From: Octopus vulgaris
Lineage: Eukaryota
Reading direction: 5' to 3'
DNA: 64,000 nucleotides
NCBI GenBank assembly: GCA_951406725.2
Contig: OX597819.1
Span: 117,242,001-117,306,000, forward strand
Position numbers and translations under genes: made by a program
Notes under the pieces: generated by a model
Seen by the model: the letters and a program-made list of their open reading frames with translations, nothing else
The model's database searches: none
Told to the model about the DNA's origin: nothing
In this document: in pieces, positions 11,532 through 24,429 of the stretch
Layout: each line of letters starts with the position of its first letter
Numbering within the stretch: position 1 is the first letter of the stretch

Positions 11532-12076
11532 TATATCTAATAAGATGTAGAGGCCTGGATAGCTCAAGAGCGTATTAGCCACACGGCTGGGTAAAATTGT
11601 CTGCATGCACTACAAGAATAACATTCCGCCGGTACCTCTGTACCACAGCTGATGTTTACATATTATTCTTGTGTGTATATACTATTCCGAAAACGATGTG
11701 CCTCGACATCAGTACCTAATTCAAATTAATCTTCGTCATATACTGTATGTAGTTAAAACTTATTATTGACACGTTGGTTATCTTGCTTCTTACAGCCGTT
11801 TCAATCACAGTCTAAATATTACGGTTTATGAATTGTATTATTATCATATGCTCGATATGGTGTAGACACACTACTTCAAAATGTCATTAACAAATGGCCA
11901 CTGATTGACTAATATCGATCTATATTATTTTCATTTATAGGGGTGATTGGTACGAATACATATTTATATATATGCGTGTGGGTCTGTCTGTGTGTATGCA
12001 TACGTCTATGTGCATGTATGTGTATGTTGTTTGTGAGCATAAGTATATGTGCATGTATGTGTGTGTATGTGTGCGC

Positions 12077-12130
<54 letters not shown>

Positions 12131-12470
12131 TTATATTTTTACTTCATTTATTGTTCTCGTTTTACCTACTTTACTTTATATCTAATCGTATCCTAGTCAA
12201 TCTGTAAACCATTCACCCGAGCGTATAATAACACAAATCATAAACCGCAATATTTAACCAGCTGGAATGAATTGATAGGTCCACATATAACATCGCAAGG
12301 TACATCTTTTTTTTTCTCTTTCCAAATTATGCTCATGTGACATAAATGTTAATTTGATGTGGAAATCTGTAATTAAATTATTGAGTATTAATTGAAACGG
12401 CTGTAAGAAGCTAATATGACCCATTTTGTTAACAATAAAATACTTTTAACTTCCTTAATACATTATTCTA

Positions 12471-12874
12471 TTACTCTTACTCTTTACTCCCTTTTACTTG
12501 TTTCAGTCATTTGACTGCGGCCATGCTGGAGTACCGCCTTCAGTCGAGCAAATCGACCCCGGGACTTATTCTTTGTAAGCCCAGTACTTACTCTATCAGC
12601 CTCTTTTGCCGAGCCGCTAAGTGACGGGGACGTAAACACACCAGCATCGGTTGTCAAGTAATGCTAGGGGGACAAACACAGACACACAAACACACACACA
12701 TACATATATATATATATACATATATACGACAGGCTTCTTTCAGTTTCCGTCTACCAAATCCACTCACAAGGAATTGGTCGGCCCGGGGCTATAGCAGAAG
12801 ACACGCAGTGGGACTGAACCCGGAACCATGTAGTTGTTTAGCAAGCTACTTACAACACAGCCACTCCTGCGCCT
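12471..12874 (-). mobile_element. tRNA-derived SINE, family A (GGCGCAGGAGTGGCTGTG head, GAAACAAGTAAAAGAG tail)
   Basis: Reverse complement of the copies at 27644 and 41316. Confidence 0.88.
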
Positions 12875-13014
12875 ATTAAATGTATTTAAACTATATGCTT
12901 AATATATACCTATTGTTTTAACGGAGCCTCATTTCCCATGAATACTAGTTATTGATCCAGTATTTCCTTAGATGCAACCATCCCTTCATGAGGTTATTAT
13001 ATCCACTAAATCTC

Positions 13015-13051
<37 letters not shown>

Positions 13052-13125
13052 ATATATATATATGTGTGTGTGTGTATGTATATCCATCTGCATATACATA
13101 TACATATACATATATATGTACATAT

Positions 13126-13157
<32 letters not shown>

Positions 13158-13185
13158 ACATATATATACATATACATACATATAC

Positions 13186-13257
<72 letters not shown>

Positions 13258-13259
<2 letters not shown>

Positions 13260-14100
13260 GTAGAAATTGATATTAGTCAATTAAAACCAGTGGTCTAGCA
13301 TATTAAAAAGAATCCGAAGATTAAAATATTTATATATACCAATTAAGGACTGAACACGAAAAGTGAACTGTCAATATGCTAGATATAGACGTCAAATCGC
13401 CATTCTCCACAAAATGATTATGTTCTCAAATCAAACTCAGCACAAAACCAAAGCAATAAACAAATGAAATATATTGCTTTGGTTTTGTGCCGAATTTGAT
13501 TTGAGAACATAATCTTTTTGTGGAGAATGGCGATTTGACTTCTATATCAAGCATGTTGACTGTCCACTTTTCGTGTTCCGTCCTTAATTGGTATATATAA
13601 ATATTTTAATCTTCGGATTCTTTTTAATATGCTAGTCCACTGGTTTTAATTGACTAATATCAATTTCTACCCTTAACTAATTTTATATAAAATAAATATG
13701 TTCTCTAACCGGTGAATTGACTGCTGCTAATTGGTAGCTGCAGGCTGATTTTTCGGGTCCCAGCGCACCAAAGTAAAAGCATTTGAGAAATACATTCGAA
13801 TATAATCGGTCGAACTCCATGCACGCGGCACTCCGGTATCGTTTTTGCATCTAGTCCAGCAAATTGTATTCATAACGGACCATGCTGATGAATGTTACAG
13901 TTATCCTTGCGGATAATAATAACCGAAACTGATCAGTACATGGGTAATTATTTTATTTCGTATATTTCATTTGTTTATTGCTTTGGTTTTGTGCTTAGTT
14001 TGATTTGAGAACATAATCTTTTTGTGGAGAATGGCGATTTGACGTCTATATCTAGCATGTTCACTGTCCACTTTTCGAGTTCTGTCCTTAATTGGTATAT
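13258..14100 (+). mobile_element. Non-autonomous PLE-type / retrozyme-like element: ~504-nt unit in partial tandem with 5' inversion
   Basis: 13258-13458 is the reverse complement of 13472-13672, and 13976-14100 directly repeats the sequence starting at 13472. It has an internal hammerhead, (TA)n on both flanks and no long ORF. Confidence 0.82.
13880..13943 (+). ncRNA. Type I hammerhead ribozyme with palindromic stem III
   Basis: CCAUG-CUGAUGA-[AU GUUA..UUAUCC(UUGC)GGAUAA..UAAC C]-GAAAC-UGAUCA-GUA-CAUGG; predicted cleavage after A13938. Confidence 0.85.
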
Positions 14101-14116
14101 ATATACATATGTATAT

Positions 14117-14221
14117 TTTTGTTTTCGACTACTTTTGCCGAACTACTCAGTTACGGAGACGTAAATACTCCAGCATCGGTTGTCAGTAGCGATGCTGACT
14201 GAGAAACACGTTCAAATACAC

Positions 14222-14250
<29 letters not shown>
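14117..14250 (-). mobile_element. SINE family A fragment
   Basis: TTTTGCCGAAC..GACGTAAATACTCCAGCATCGGTTGTCA matches 12604-12657. Confidence 0.6.
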
Positions 14251-14254
<4 letters not shown>

Positions 14255-15152
14255 CATACAGGTTACGGTGAATAACCTGCCAATCACATTTAAAGAAACT
14301 TGTCGCATGCCCCGTGGCTAAAGCTTGCGAGCAGAATATTATTACATATCACAATTTCCGCTTCTCTGCGGCTTCGAATTTGGCTAAGAATACCAGGTAG
14401 AGTGTTTTTCTATATTAATTCCTCCCCAACATATCTACCAATGTCTCCCCTGTTGATGTTTTTAAGGTTATATAGAATGTTACAACTCTTTGTAGAACAA
14501 AAGATTCCACGTGTATTGTATAGTCAAACAATAAGTGAAAAATATGTGACCCTAATTCTGTCCCTGTACCTTATGGCGGGAACATTCCTATCGTATCGTT
14601 TAGTGATTGACATGGGTTTCAAGATACAAGAATGAACTTCTTTTACGATATATAGTTTTGTATAAGTATGGGGATTATCGTTTATTATTACTTTAGTGTC
14701 ATGAAGAAAGTTTTCCAACTCACCCCAAATTGAAATTTGCTTGTCCTCAAATTTGTATGAATAGTTTCAATTTATTGTTGGCATCCTTTTTGTCTCGGGA
14801 GACAATGGAGTTGCGCATAACGTAGTCTAGTCCGGCTTTTACATTTCATGTCCTGATACATTTCCTGCTGCGGATGTGTAGTCCTATCCTGGACAAACAC
14901 TCCCTCTGGCAGGTACCGCAAATGTAGCGAAGACTCTTCCTGGCTAGTTGTAATGCCATAGTTTCTTGTTGATGTCTTTTCTTGTCTTTCCATTTCTCCT
15001 CTCTTTCTCTGTCACTCCTTTGTATTCCCTCTCTTACGGTACGTCGCCAGTCTCCACGGTTGCCGGCAACCGCCTCCCAACCGCTATATATGTATTTGTT
15101 CCCCTGGTTGTATATGACAGAAATGCGTATATTGTAATATTTTTTTAAAGAA

Positions 15153-15365
15153 GGCTTCGAGCTGGCAGAAACGCTAGCCCGCCGAGCGAAACGCTTAGCT
15201 GTATTTTGTCTGTCTTTATGTTCAGAGTTTAAATTCCGCCGAGGTCGCCATTACCTTTCATCCTTTCTGAGTCGATAAATTAAGTACCAGTTGCGTACTG
15301 ATGTCGAACTAATTGACTGACCCCTCCTCAAATCTTTCGAGCCTTATGCGTAGAGTAGGAAAGAA
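15153..15365 (+). mobile_element. SINE family B
   Basis: CGAGCTGGCAGAAACG head and CTTTCATCCTTTC.GAGTCGATAAATTAAGTACCAG core. Confidence 0.82.
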
Positions 15366-17559
15366 AACCAATATTATTTTTCAAAGACGTTTCCACAATT
15401 CGACGCAATGAATCGGAATTGATATGAATCTAATTTCAAAATAATATAAATGCCTTGTTTTCCCCGTTTTCTCCTTTTCCTCGAAAATAAATCAAATGCA
15501 ATAAACTTCCTTGATAAAATCTTTTTGCACAGCGCACACAAGTGCAAACGTATTCACTTCTGAAAAACAAGACAAAACAATAAAAGATTAATCAAACCGA
15601 AAACTAACAACAGTGGAGACATGTTATCGAAATATAATTACACAACAATGAAAATAATTCCTTTTAACAAAGAAGGGCAATAATATGTGGGCGTGTGTTA
15701 GATGATTAAATTGATAAAAGCAAGCACATTAGTTCTGTGGGGACTAAATGAAACCAGTACATATTTTAAGTTTTATACTTATTTCTCATTCTCCTTTTCG
15801 CCTAACAACTAATTTAGAAAGTTTTAAACTATCTAGCTCCGCCTGTCAAGCGAAGTCTGAGTCAAACACAATTCCCCACACATAAACAAACATATCCAGG
15901 TCCGTTCTAGTAGTATTGAACACCTCGGACAAACTAGTGAACTAGGAGCTATAGTATTTATTTATTGCCGTCAAGCCACAGTATATATATAAATCAGAAC
16001 TGGACCATTAGAGCCGAAGGACCCCGAACAAATCTCCATTGTGTCCATGTATTAAGGCGGCCTTGTACACACCCTCACGTAAAAGACAAATTTTACAAGG
16101 TATTCATCTATGAAATTAACTCACGGGGAAGTTGCTGATGTCGCAGGAATTCAAAGAGACATCTTTGGAGAACGAAATTCTTAATCGAATAGATATGACG
16201 ATATGTATCTGTACGAGTGTGTACTGCATTTTATTCACAAATATTTGATTTTTGACGCCATATGTATAGGAGCATCAAGATCTTAGTATACAATAGCATA
16301 CACAAACGTTGAAATTTAAATACTGCAGAGTTTCGTGGACTTTTTCGACATATTCATTCAAGTTATAGTATGAGATTTATTATTCAATTATGTGTGCAGG
16401 TGATGAGATTTCTAAGCGTCTAGCTATATAAATATTATAGCTTAATTTTTATTCACCTAAATTTTATTCGCCTACGTCTTCCTATCTCATTCTGTTTAGT
16501 TTAACATGGACTTTCTTCCTGCAGTGATAGATATATCTAATATACTTGATGTAATATTTGACATGCTAATCCATCCGAATGTAAACTCAAATGTTAAGAG
16601 TGATCCCTAACCCAATGTTAGGGAACGGAAAAAATGGGAAACATTAAAATAATCCTTGAAACGTTAAGAGCAGACATACGCTCGATGGTAAATTTTAATT
16701 GAATTTGGGTTTAAGCGAGACACTGAAATGTTAATAAATTTAAGTAAGCTTTATACTTTTAATGATCAACTTAAAACATTAATTCAATGATTGATCAACT
16801 CTATCATTACATCTGACAGTAGTGATAAAACACGAACAGGAATCTGCAAGAAATTTTGTTTTACAATGTGTTAAAAGCAAAATTTTAAGATTTCCTATAA
16901 TAATGCGTAAAATTTTACACTGAACACATCCAATTAGAGGTAAAGATTCAACAGAGAATTAGATATAATATTATGCATTCTCCGATTTCTAAATTCAGAT
17001 TTCACTCCTAATAAATTTCTTTCGTGCGAAATAGACACATTTAAGATCAGCAATAAGCTTTGTTTGATTCCGTATATTGTTGTAAAATCTCCCGTTTTAA
17101 GGAATGATCTTGTGACATTTTTTTTTAATTCTCACCTATTCTGCACAAAAAAGTGTGTTTTTTTTAATGTAAAAACGTTATGATTCATGAGTTTTTAGCA
17201 CAACTGATTAAAAGAAAATACAGTACATTTAGGAGAAACTAGCGTACATTACATAATTTCCTACAATGTTACACCACACAAGTAACCCAATTACCCACAC
17301 TGCATATACATAAGTTATTTTAATGTATTTTTTAATTGAGCGGTAATTCTTGAAGAAGGCTAAATTTCCAGTTTTTCTCAAGATTTCATGGCATGACAAT
17401 AATACAAGGCATAACTCATATTTTAGTAGCGTCGTAATTGAAGGCATACCTGAAATCATGCCTTCAATTTACACCTTAATTGAAGGCATAGCTGTAACTA
17501 TGATATCATATCACGTTCATTATTGATAAATTTGTGGAAATTTACTATTCAAAGGATAT

Positions 17560-17880
17560 AAAGAACAACTTGCATGTTGTAGATATATATTTCCGAAGAT
17601 AGTGGTATATAGTTACATATTTAATTCAAAAGTAATCGAAATTCTAAATGCACACGTTATGAGAAACAATTTGTCATTTCATGGGGAGTTCGCTTAGTGA
17701 AAATAGACGACTTCAAGAAACCGAAGCAACATCTGTATGGTGATCAGAAGAACGGAAAGCACCTCTCTCATAAAGCTAAGCTGTGTGATTCAATGACTGC
17801 ATAAAAGTTTATTTGAGGAAAGCTAGCGTCTCGGAAAACGACTGGGAATAAAACTACAACCGATAGGGTGGAAAGCAATG
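17560..17880 (+). pseudogene. Decayed RTE-clade LINE, C-terminal remnant
   Basis: Translates, with a frameshift, to WGVRLVKIDDFKKPKQHLYGDQKNGKHLSHKAKL..NDCIKVYLRKASVSENDWE. This resembles the RTE C-terminal motif W.GHV.RM.D.R.PKQ.LYGEL..GKR....KLR.KD. Confidence 0.6.
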
Positions 17881-18649
17881 TACGATAGAAGTGAGAATTA
17901 ATTTCAGAATCGCTTGGATAAATCAGGTAAAGATGAAGAGGGATGTTAAAAAGGGTGGAGATGTAATATTTCCAGATATGGGTGAACAGAATGAAATGTC
18001 ACACAAATTGAAAGCAACTGAAAAGTTACAATATAAGCCACGTATACACATTTGATTTACATCGTTGCATACAGAGCATATGAACATACCATGGCACGAT
18101 GTACCTTTCAGATGGAGGCTTCAAATGACGTATGAAGGATCATGATAGGAAGCAAGTGGATGGCGTTGTTGCTAGGGGTAATGATGTACGTAAAATATGT
18201 GATGAAGTGCATTTGACACTTTTCGGGCTGAAAAGTCACTCCATGCTACTCACACATGAGACACCGAATTTGAAATGTGTCAAACGTTTGCTATACTCAA
18301 GAACGAAAGAAGCACTCATCATTTATATGTGTACACACACGCATACACACACACACACCCTCTCTCTCAGGCGCACATACACACACTCAAGCTCTCTTAG
18401 TGAAAATAGCTCGCTTAGTGAGCTATTTCACACACGGAAACACACATATAAATATGCAGGAAAGTAAATACAGAAGAACACAAATACTGACAGGCATTCA
18501 CACATATATTGGCTTTTTTTGTTTGCGCTCTTACGGTTAGTTAAATGCACAACGTGTTTTAAGATAGGTCTTCTATATTTTGTGTATGCGTATGAATATT
18601 TATTTTTGTAGAATTTCAACTTGCGCTCATCTATATATTTTTTTCTATA

Positions 18650-19406
18650 CAAGGTATCAAGAGGTCCCAAGACTTGTTCTGTGGCGCACCAATACATGGT
18701 AGCGTACAGTTGCGTGTGTAGTGAGAGCTAGCAGTGATCTTCATTAGGTAGAGTGCCGAGTGATACTGACGTGTTTACTTCGCAAATTGTGAAATTTGTG
18801 GTTTGTGATCTCGTGTATGTTGCAGTCTACGATTTAATGATGGACTGGAACCAATATGAAATTTTTCGTTAAACTTGAGAAGTCTACTACAGTGACATTG
18901 AGTATGCTTCAGCAAGTTTAAAGCAACGAGGCAATACCCTCTCTGGAATACGATGAGCCTTCAGTCAAGTATTCAACTGAAAGGTTTTGAAGGAGGACTT
19001 TCAACGAAAGCAACCGGATCTTTGGAGCGCAGAGTATTGGATTTTTCACGTCGGCAATGCACCCTGTCACTGAGTTCTCACCCGTGAGTTTCTCGCGAAA
19101 GACAACATGGTATCGTTTCCTCACACGCCCTCTCCTCCAGATTTAGGATCTGCGAACTTTCATCACTTCCCCCAATATGAAAAATTCGCCGTTTTAAACT
19201 ATCGAGATTCGGAGCGAATCGAAGGATGTCCACGACTGGCTTACGGAAAACAACTTCCAGGCCGGATTCCAAAAGTTATAACAACGTTGGGACCCATGTA
19301 TTGCTGCTGAAGGTGACTATCTCGAAAGAAATGATGTTAAAATTTTGGTAAATAAGTTATTTGGTATTAAACATAATAAGACCGGAAAACTTTTGATACC
19401 ACCGAG
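18650..19406 (+). mobile_element. Internally deleted, decayed mariner transposon
   Basis: N-terminal NMKFFVKLEKSTTVTLSMLQQV and C-terminal FHVGNAPCH..REFLAKDNMVSFPHTPSPPDLGSANF. Degenerate TIRs (GGTATCAAGAG / CTTTTGATACC) with TA at both ends. Confidence 0.8.
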
Positions 19407-19476
19407 TATATACTCAACATCATCTAAATTATACAGTTCTATATTTAATGAATGAAGAATTATGTATATTCTTTAC

Positions 19477-19670
19477 ATTATTTACATTTGACGAATATTT
19501 GTCCTCATCTTGTTTGTTGTTAGCACAACGTTTCGGCTGATATACCTTCCAGCCTTCATCAGTTTCGAAATTTTTCCAAGACACCTGATAAAGGCTGGGG
19601 GTGATATCAGCCGAAATGTTGTGTTAACAACAAACAAGACGAGGACAAATATCTGTCAAATGTAAATAAT
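19477..19670. mobile_element. Fold-back (MITE-like) element with hammerhead cores in both arms
   Basis: 86-bp arms at 19477-19562 and 19585-19670. The arm consensus is GACAC-CUGAUGA-AGGCUG..CAGCC-GAAACGUU-GUGUU. Possible TSD ATCATCTAAAT at 19419-19429 and 19682-19692. Confidence 0.75.
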
Positions 19671-20007
19671 CTAAATAACGTATCATCTAAATCTATATAT
19701 TTTTGGGAGGTTATTTGACCCTTTACACGCTGTAATCCAATTCTCATGTATCTTTATAGATTTCCATGGTGCTGATCTTAATATAAGTAAATGCTTGCCC
19801 AAATGGTTATGCACAAGCATTCACCTCAGTATGCACTGTATCTTAAAACAGAAACATCTGTAAGTTAATGAAGTACGTTGCATAATTTCCCATTCGTTTG
19901 TCATATATTTTAGTACATACAGACGTAGATCGATAAATACATATACACACTTACACACGAATACACACGCATACACGTGATTGTATATGGAGAGATATAT
20001 ACATAAA

Positions 20008-20049
<42 letters not shown>

Positions 20050-20128
20050 CATATTTATGGACTTGCACATACATTCATGAATGCATATATAATTGTGTGT
20101 GTACATAACTCATACAAGCACACACACA

Positions 20129-20173
<45 letters not shown>

Positions 20174-20509
20174 AGGTGTACGTTTTTGCTTAGAGTATGC
20201 ATTCACATACGAATACTACATATATTCGTGCGTGAAACATGTCATAATATACTCATTCGCATACATATGCTATATACATAAGTGATAACTCTCTTTCTTG
20301 ATCGTATTTACACACAATGACAATATAGTTACACGCTCTTAAGCAAGTATGCGATTTCGTGATATCTAGACATTATAGAAATGCAAACTTTATAATTTTC
20401 CTTAAAACCATATGAATTCTAATGATCTAGAACAATTGATGAAGGTTTTCCAACGCCTGATTAAAAGTTTCAAGACTATTTACATTTCGTATAATATAGA
20501 AACGGTTAA

Positions 20510-21172
20510 TGCCGAGTGATACTGACGTGTTTACTTCGCAAATTATGAAATTTGTGGTTTGTGATCTCGTGTATGTTGTAGTCTACGATTTAATGATGGA
20601 CTGGAACCAATATGAAATTTTTCGTTAAACTTGAGAAGTCTACTACCGTGACATTGAGTATGCTTCAGCAAGTTTAAAGCAATGAGGCAATACCCTCTCT
20701 GGAATACGATGAGCCTTCAGTCAAGTATTCAACTGAAAGGTTTTGAAAGTGGAACTTCAACGAAAGCAACCGGATCTGTGGTGCGCAGAGTATTGGATTT
20801 TTCACGTCGGCAATGCACCCTGTCACTGAGTTCTCACCCGTGAGATTCTCGCGAAAGACAACATGATATCGCTTCCTCAAACGCCGTCTCCTCCAGATTT
20901 AGGATCTGCGGACTTTCATCAGTTCCCCCAATAAGAAAATGCAGCTCAAATTCACCGTTTTAAACCATCGAGATTCGGAGCGAATCGGAGGATGTCCACG
21001 ACTCGCTTACGGAAAACAATTTCCAGGCCGGATTCCAAAAGTTATAGCAACGTTGGGACCCATGTATTGCTGCTGAAGATGACTATCTCGAAAGAAATGA
21101 TGTTAAAATTTTGGTAAATAAGTTATTTGGTATTAAACATAATAAGACCGGAAAACTTTTGATACCACCGAG
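20510..21172 (+). mobile_element. Duplicated mariner remnant lacking the 5' TIR
   Basis: Copy of 18754-19406 within the tandem duplication. Confidence 0.8.
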
Positions 21173-21242
21173 TATATACTCAACATCATCTAAATCATAC
21201 AGTTCTATATTTAATGAATGAAGAATTATGTATATTCTTTAC

Positions 21243-21435
21243 ATTATTTACATTTGACGAATATTTGTCCTCATCTTGTTTGTTGTTAGCACAACGTTTC
21301 GGCTGATATACCTTCCAGCCTTCATCAGTTTCGAAATTTTTCCAAGACACCTGATAAAGGCTGGGGTGATATTAGCCGAAATGTTGTGTTAACAACAAAC
21401 AAGACGAGGACAAATATCTGTCAAATGTAAATAAT
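21243..21435. mobile_element. Second copy of the fold-back hammerhead element
   Basis: Near-identical to 19477-19670. Confidence 0.75.
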
Positions 21436-21772
21436 CTAAATAACGTATCATCTAAATCTATATATTTTTGGGAGGTTATTTGACCCTTTACACGCTGTAT
21501 TCCAATTCTCATGTATCTTTATAGATTTCCATGGTGCTGATCTTAATATAAGTAAATGCTTGCCCAAATGGTTATGCACAAGCATTCACCTCAGTATGCA
21601 CTGTATCTTAAAACAGAAACATCTGTAAGTTAATGAAGTACGTTGCATAATTTCCCATTCGTTTGTCATATATTTTAGTACATACAGACGTAGATCGATA
21701 AATACATATACACACTTACACACGAATACACACGCATACACGTGATTGTATATGGAGAGATACATACATAAA

Positions 21773-21812
<40 letters not shown>

Positions 21813-22210
21813 AGATAAAAATTCCCAGATAAAAGATCCCAGATAAAAATTCCCCAAAACAGAAAAATAGCTTTTAGCCAACACATAGATACTTGCGCCA
21901 ACAAAAAAACACCAAGCTTCAGGATTTTCCCCCTCTACCAATTTAGGGACGATACAACCTCGAGACAACGAATAAGTAAAGAAACTCTCTTTATTGCAAA
22001 ATACAGGCCACTTCTTAACGGGTCTACGACAAACAATTAATATACCTCAACTTTAGAATAAAAGAAATATTCACACACAAATATTACATTCCAAAGAATC
22101 CATTACTAATCACAGCTAAAATCACAGCTATAATCCATAACATGCCAACTTCAAGTCATACAACACCTCACTACTTTAACCCATTCATATTCTCCCTTCT
22201 CTGTTTTTTT

Positions 22211-22422
22211 TCTTCTTCTTCCTCTTCTTCTTCTTCATCATCATCATTATCATCATCATCGTCGTCATAATCATCACCACCATCACCATCATCGTCATCT
22301 TCTCCTTCTCCTTCTTCTTCTTCTTCTTCTTCTTCTTCTTCTTCATCATCATCATCATCAACATCGTCATCTTCTTCTTCTTCTTCTTCTTCTTCTTCTT
22401 CTTCTTCTTCTTCTTCTTCTTC
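22211..22422. repeat. (TTC)n/(TCA)n trinucleotide tract within the PLE fragment 3' UTR
   Basis: Read directly from the sequence. Confidence 0.9.
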
Positions 22423-22777
22423 CACTACTTCTCCACCTTAACTTTGTCACTAATGCTTTTTAGTATAACACCTACGCAAATTCTATAAACAAGCCTTTCA
22501 ATAGAAATATTCTCCTGAATTGAACTGCGACTGCCAGCCGCCACTGACCATTCAAAATACGACCATCAGGGCACTCCCAGATTCTCCCACCCCCTTTCCT
22601 CATCAGCCTTCTTCCTCTACTACTCTACCAAGAACTCACAACGACCTCCAACACACAAGTGCAAACAAGGGAGTGAGAGAAAGGCAGAATGCCACTTATA
22701 TCTGAACACTACTATAGAAATATTCCTTTAAAAAAACTTTTCTTCTAATTTTTCTAAATTTAATTATTTAATCGTTA

Positions 22778-22815
22778 CAGTTGAAAACGTCTCAAAATGA
22801 CCGAAACCGGTACTG
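22778..22815 (+). ncRNA. Degenerate hammerhead ribozyme (probably inactive)
   Basis: CAG-uUGAAaA-cGUC(UCAAAAU)GACC-GAAAC(CG)GUA-CUG; two core substitutions relative to CUGAAGA. Confidence 0.5.
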
Positions 22816-22864
22816 AAATGTTCACTATAAAATTATTTTAGCATTTTCTATTTTTGACTTGTTT

Positions 22865-22913
<49 letters not shown>

Positions 22914-24049
22914 CATATTTATGGACTTGCACATACATTCATGAATGCATATATAATTGTGTGTGTACATAACTCATACAAGCACACACACATACATATA
23001 TATAGGGGGTGTACGTTTTTGTTTAGAGTATGCATTCACATACGAATACTGCATATATTCGTGCGTGAAACATGTCATAATATACTCATTCGCATACATA
23101 TGCTATATACATAAGTGATTACTCTCTTTCTTGATCGTATTCACACACAATGACAATATAGTTACACGCTCTTAAGTAACTATGCGATTTCGTGATATCT
23201 AGACATTATAGAAATGCAAACTTTATAATTTTCCTTAAGACCATATGAATTCTAATGATCTAGAACAATTGATGAAGGTTTTCCGTCGCCTGATTAAAAG
23301 TTTCAAGACTATTTACATTTCGTATAATATGGAAACGGGTTAATGCAGAAATGTAGCCAAGATTCCATAGAAATAGATCCTATTTAATGATTACTGGAGA
23401 CAGTGGAGTTAGAAAATATCCGCATGAATGAGATGTTTCGGTGTAATGGCGGAATGTATGTATTGAAAATATGGAAGAGTGTTTGCAGTGGAGAGGGAGG
23501 GATAGTGGGAGTATATGTATGAGCGTGTTTGAGGCTGTTTGTGTAATTTAGAGAAAGCATAGTGAGAGGAAGAACAGAAAATAATTTCTACAGAGTAACT
23601 GAAATAAATGTACAGCCTATATATATATATTTTTATTGCTATCGTTGTTTTAGTCTTCTGCTTCAAAAAGCCAGTACTATATTCTACACGGATGAATAAT
23701 GATTCAAACGCAATAAAGTAACACTCAACATATTTCGTTGGAGTTACATAAATTTTGAGTAAGATCCACATTACTTTAACCTTCCTGGGCAACTAAGGCG
23801 AGTCCATCACGTGGGATATTCGAATATGTGACAAGGTGGACATGTCCTACTCTCACCAAGAATCTTACAATAACGTGGACTGATACCACAATGTTATATA
23901 TCTGTTAAGCTATTATTCTACTCACCCATCTTTCTCTCTCTCTTTTTCTCTATAAATTATTCTTTCATTCTTTCTTTCTTCATTTCTCTCGCTTTCTTTC
24001 TGTATATATAATATATATAATTATATATATATATATATATATATAACTG

Positions 24050-24429
<380 letters not shown>

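Larger units (their letters stand above)
21810..22870 (+). mobile_element. 5'-truncated PLE of a different family (GIY-YIG C-terminus, 3' UTR, decayed hammerhead) inserted in (TA)n
   Basis: 21873-22040 translates to FSQHIDTCANKKTPSFRIFPLYQFRDDTTSRQRISKETLFIAKYRPLLNGSTTNN*. HHR-like sequence at 22778-22815. Absent from the paralogous site at ~20015-20046. Confidence 0.8.
18754..23346 (+). repeat. Tandem duplication of ~1756 bp (unit 1 18754-20509; unit 2 20510-23346 including a 1.06-kb insertion)
   Basis: Both units start TGCCGAGTGATACTGACGTG and end ..AAACGG.TAAT(GC); colinear throughout. Confidence 0.93.
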
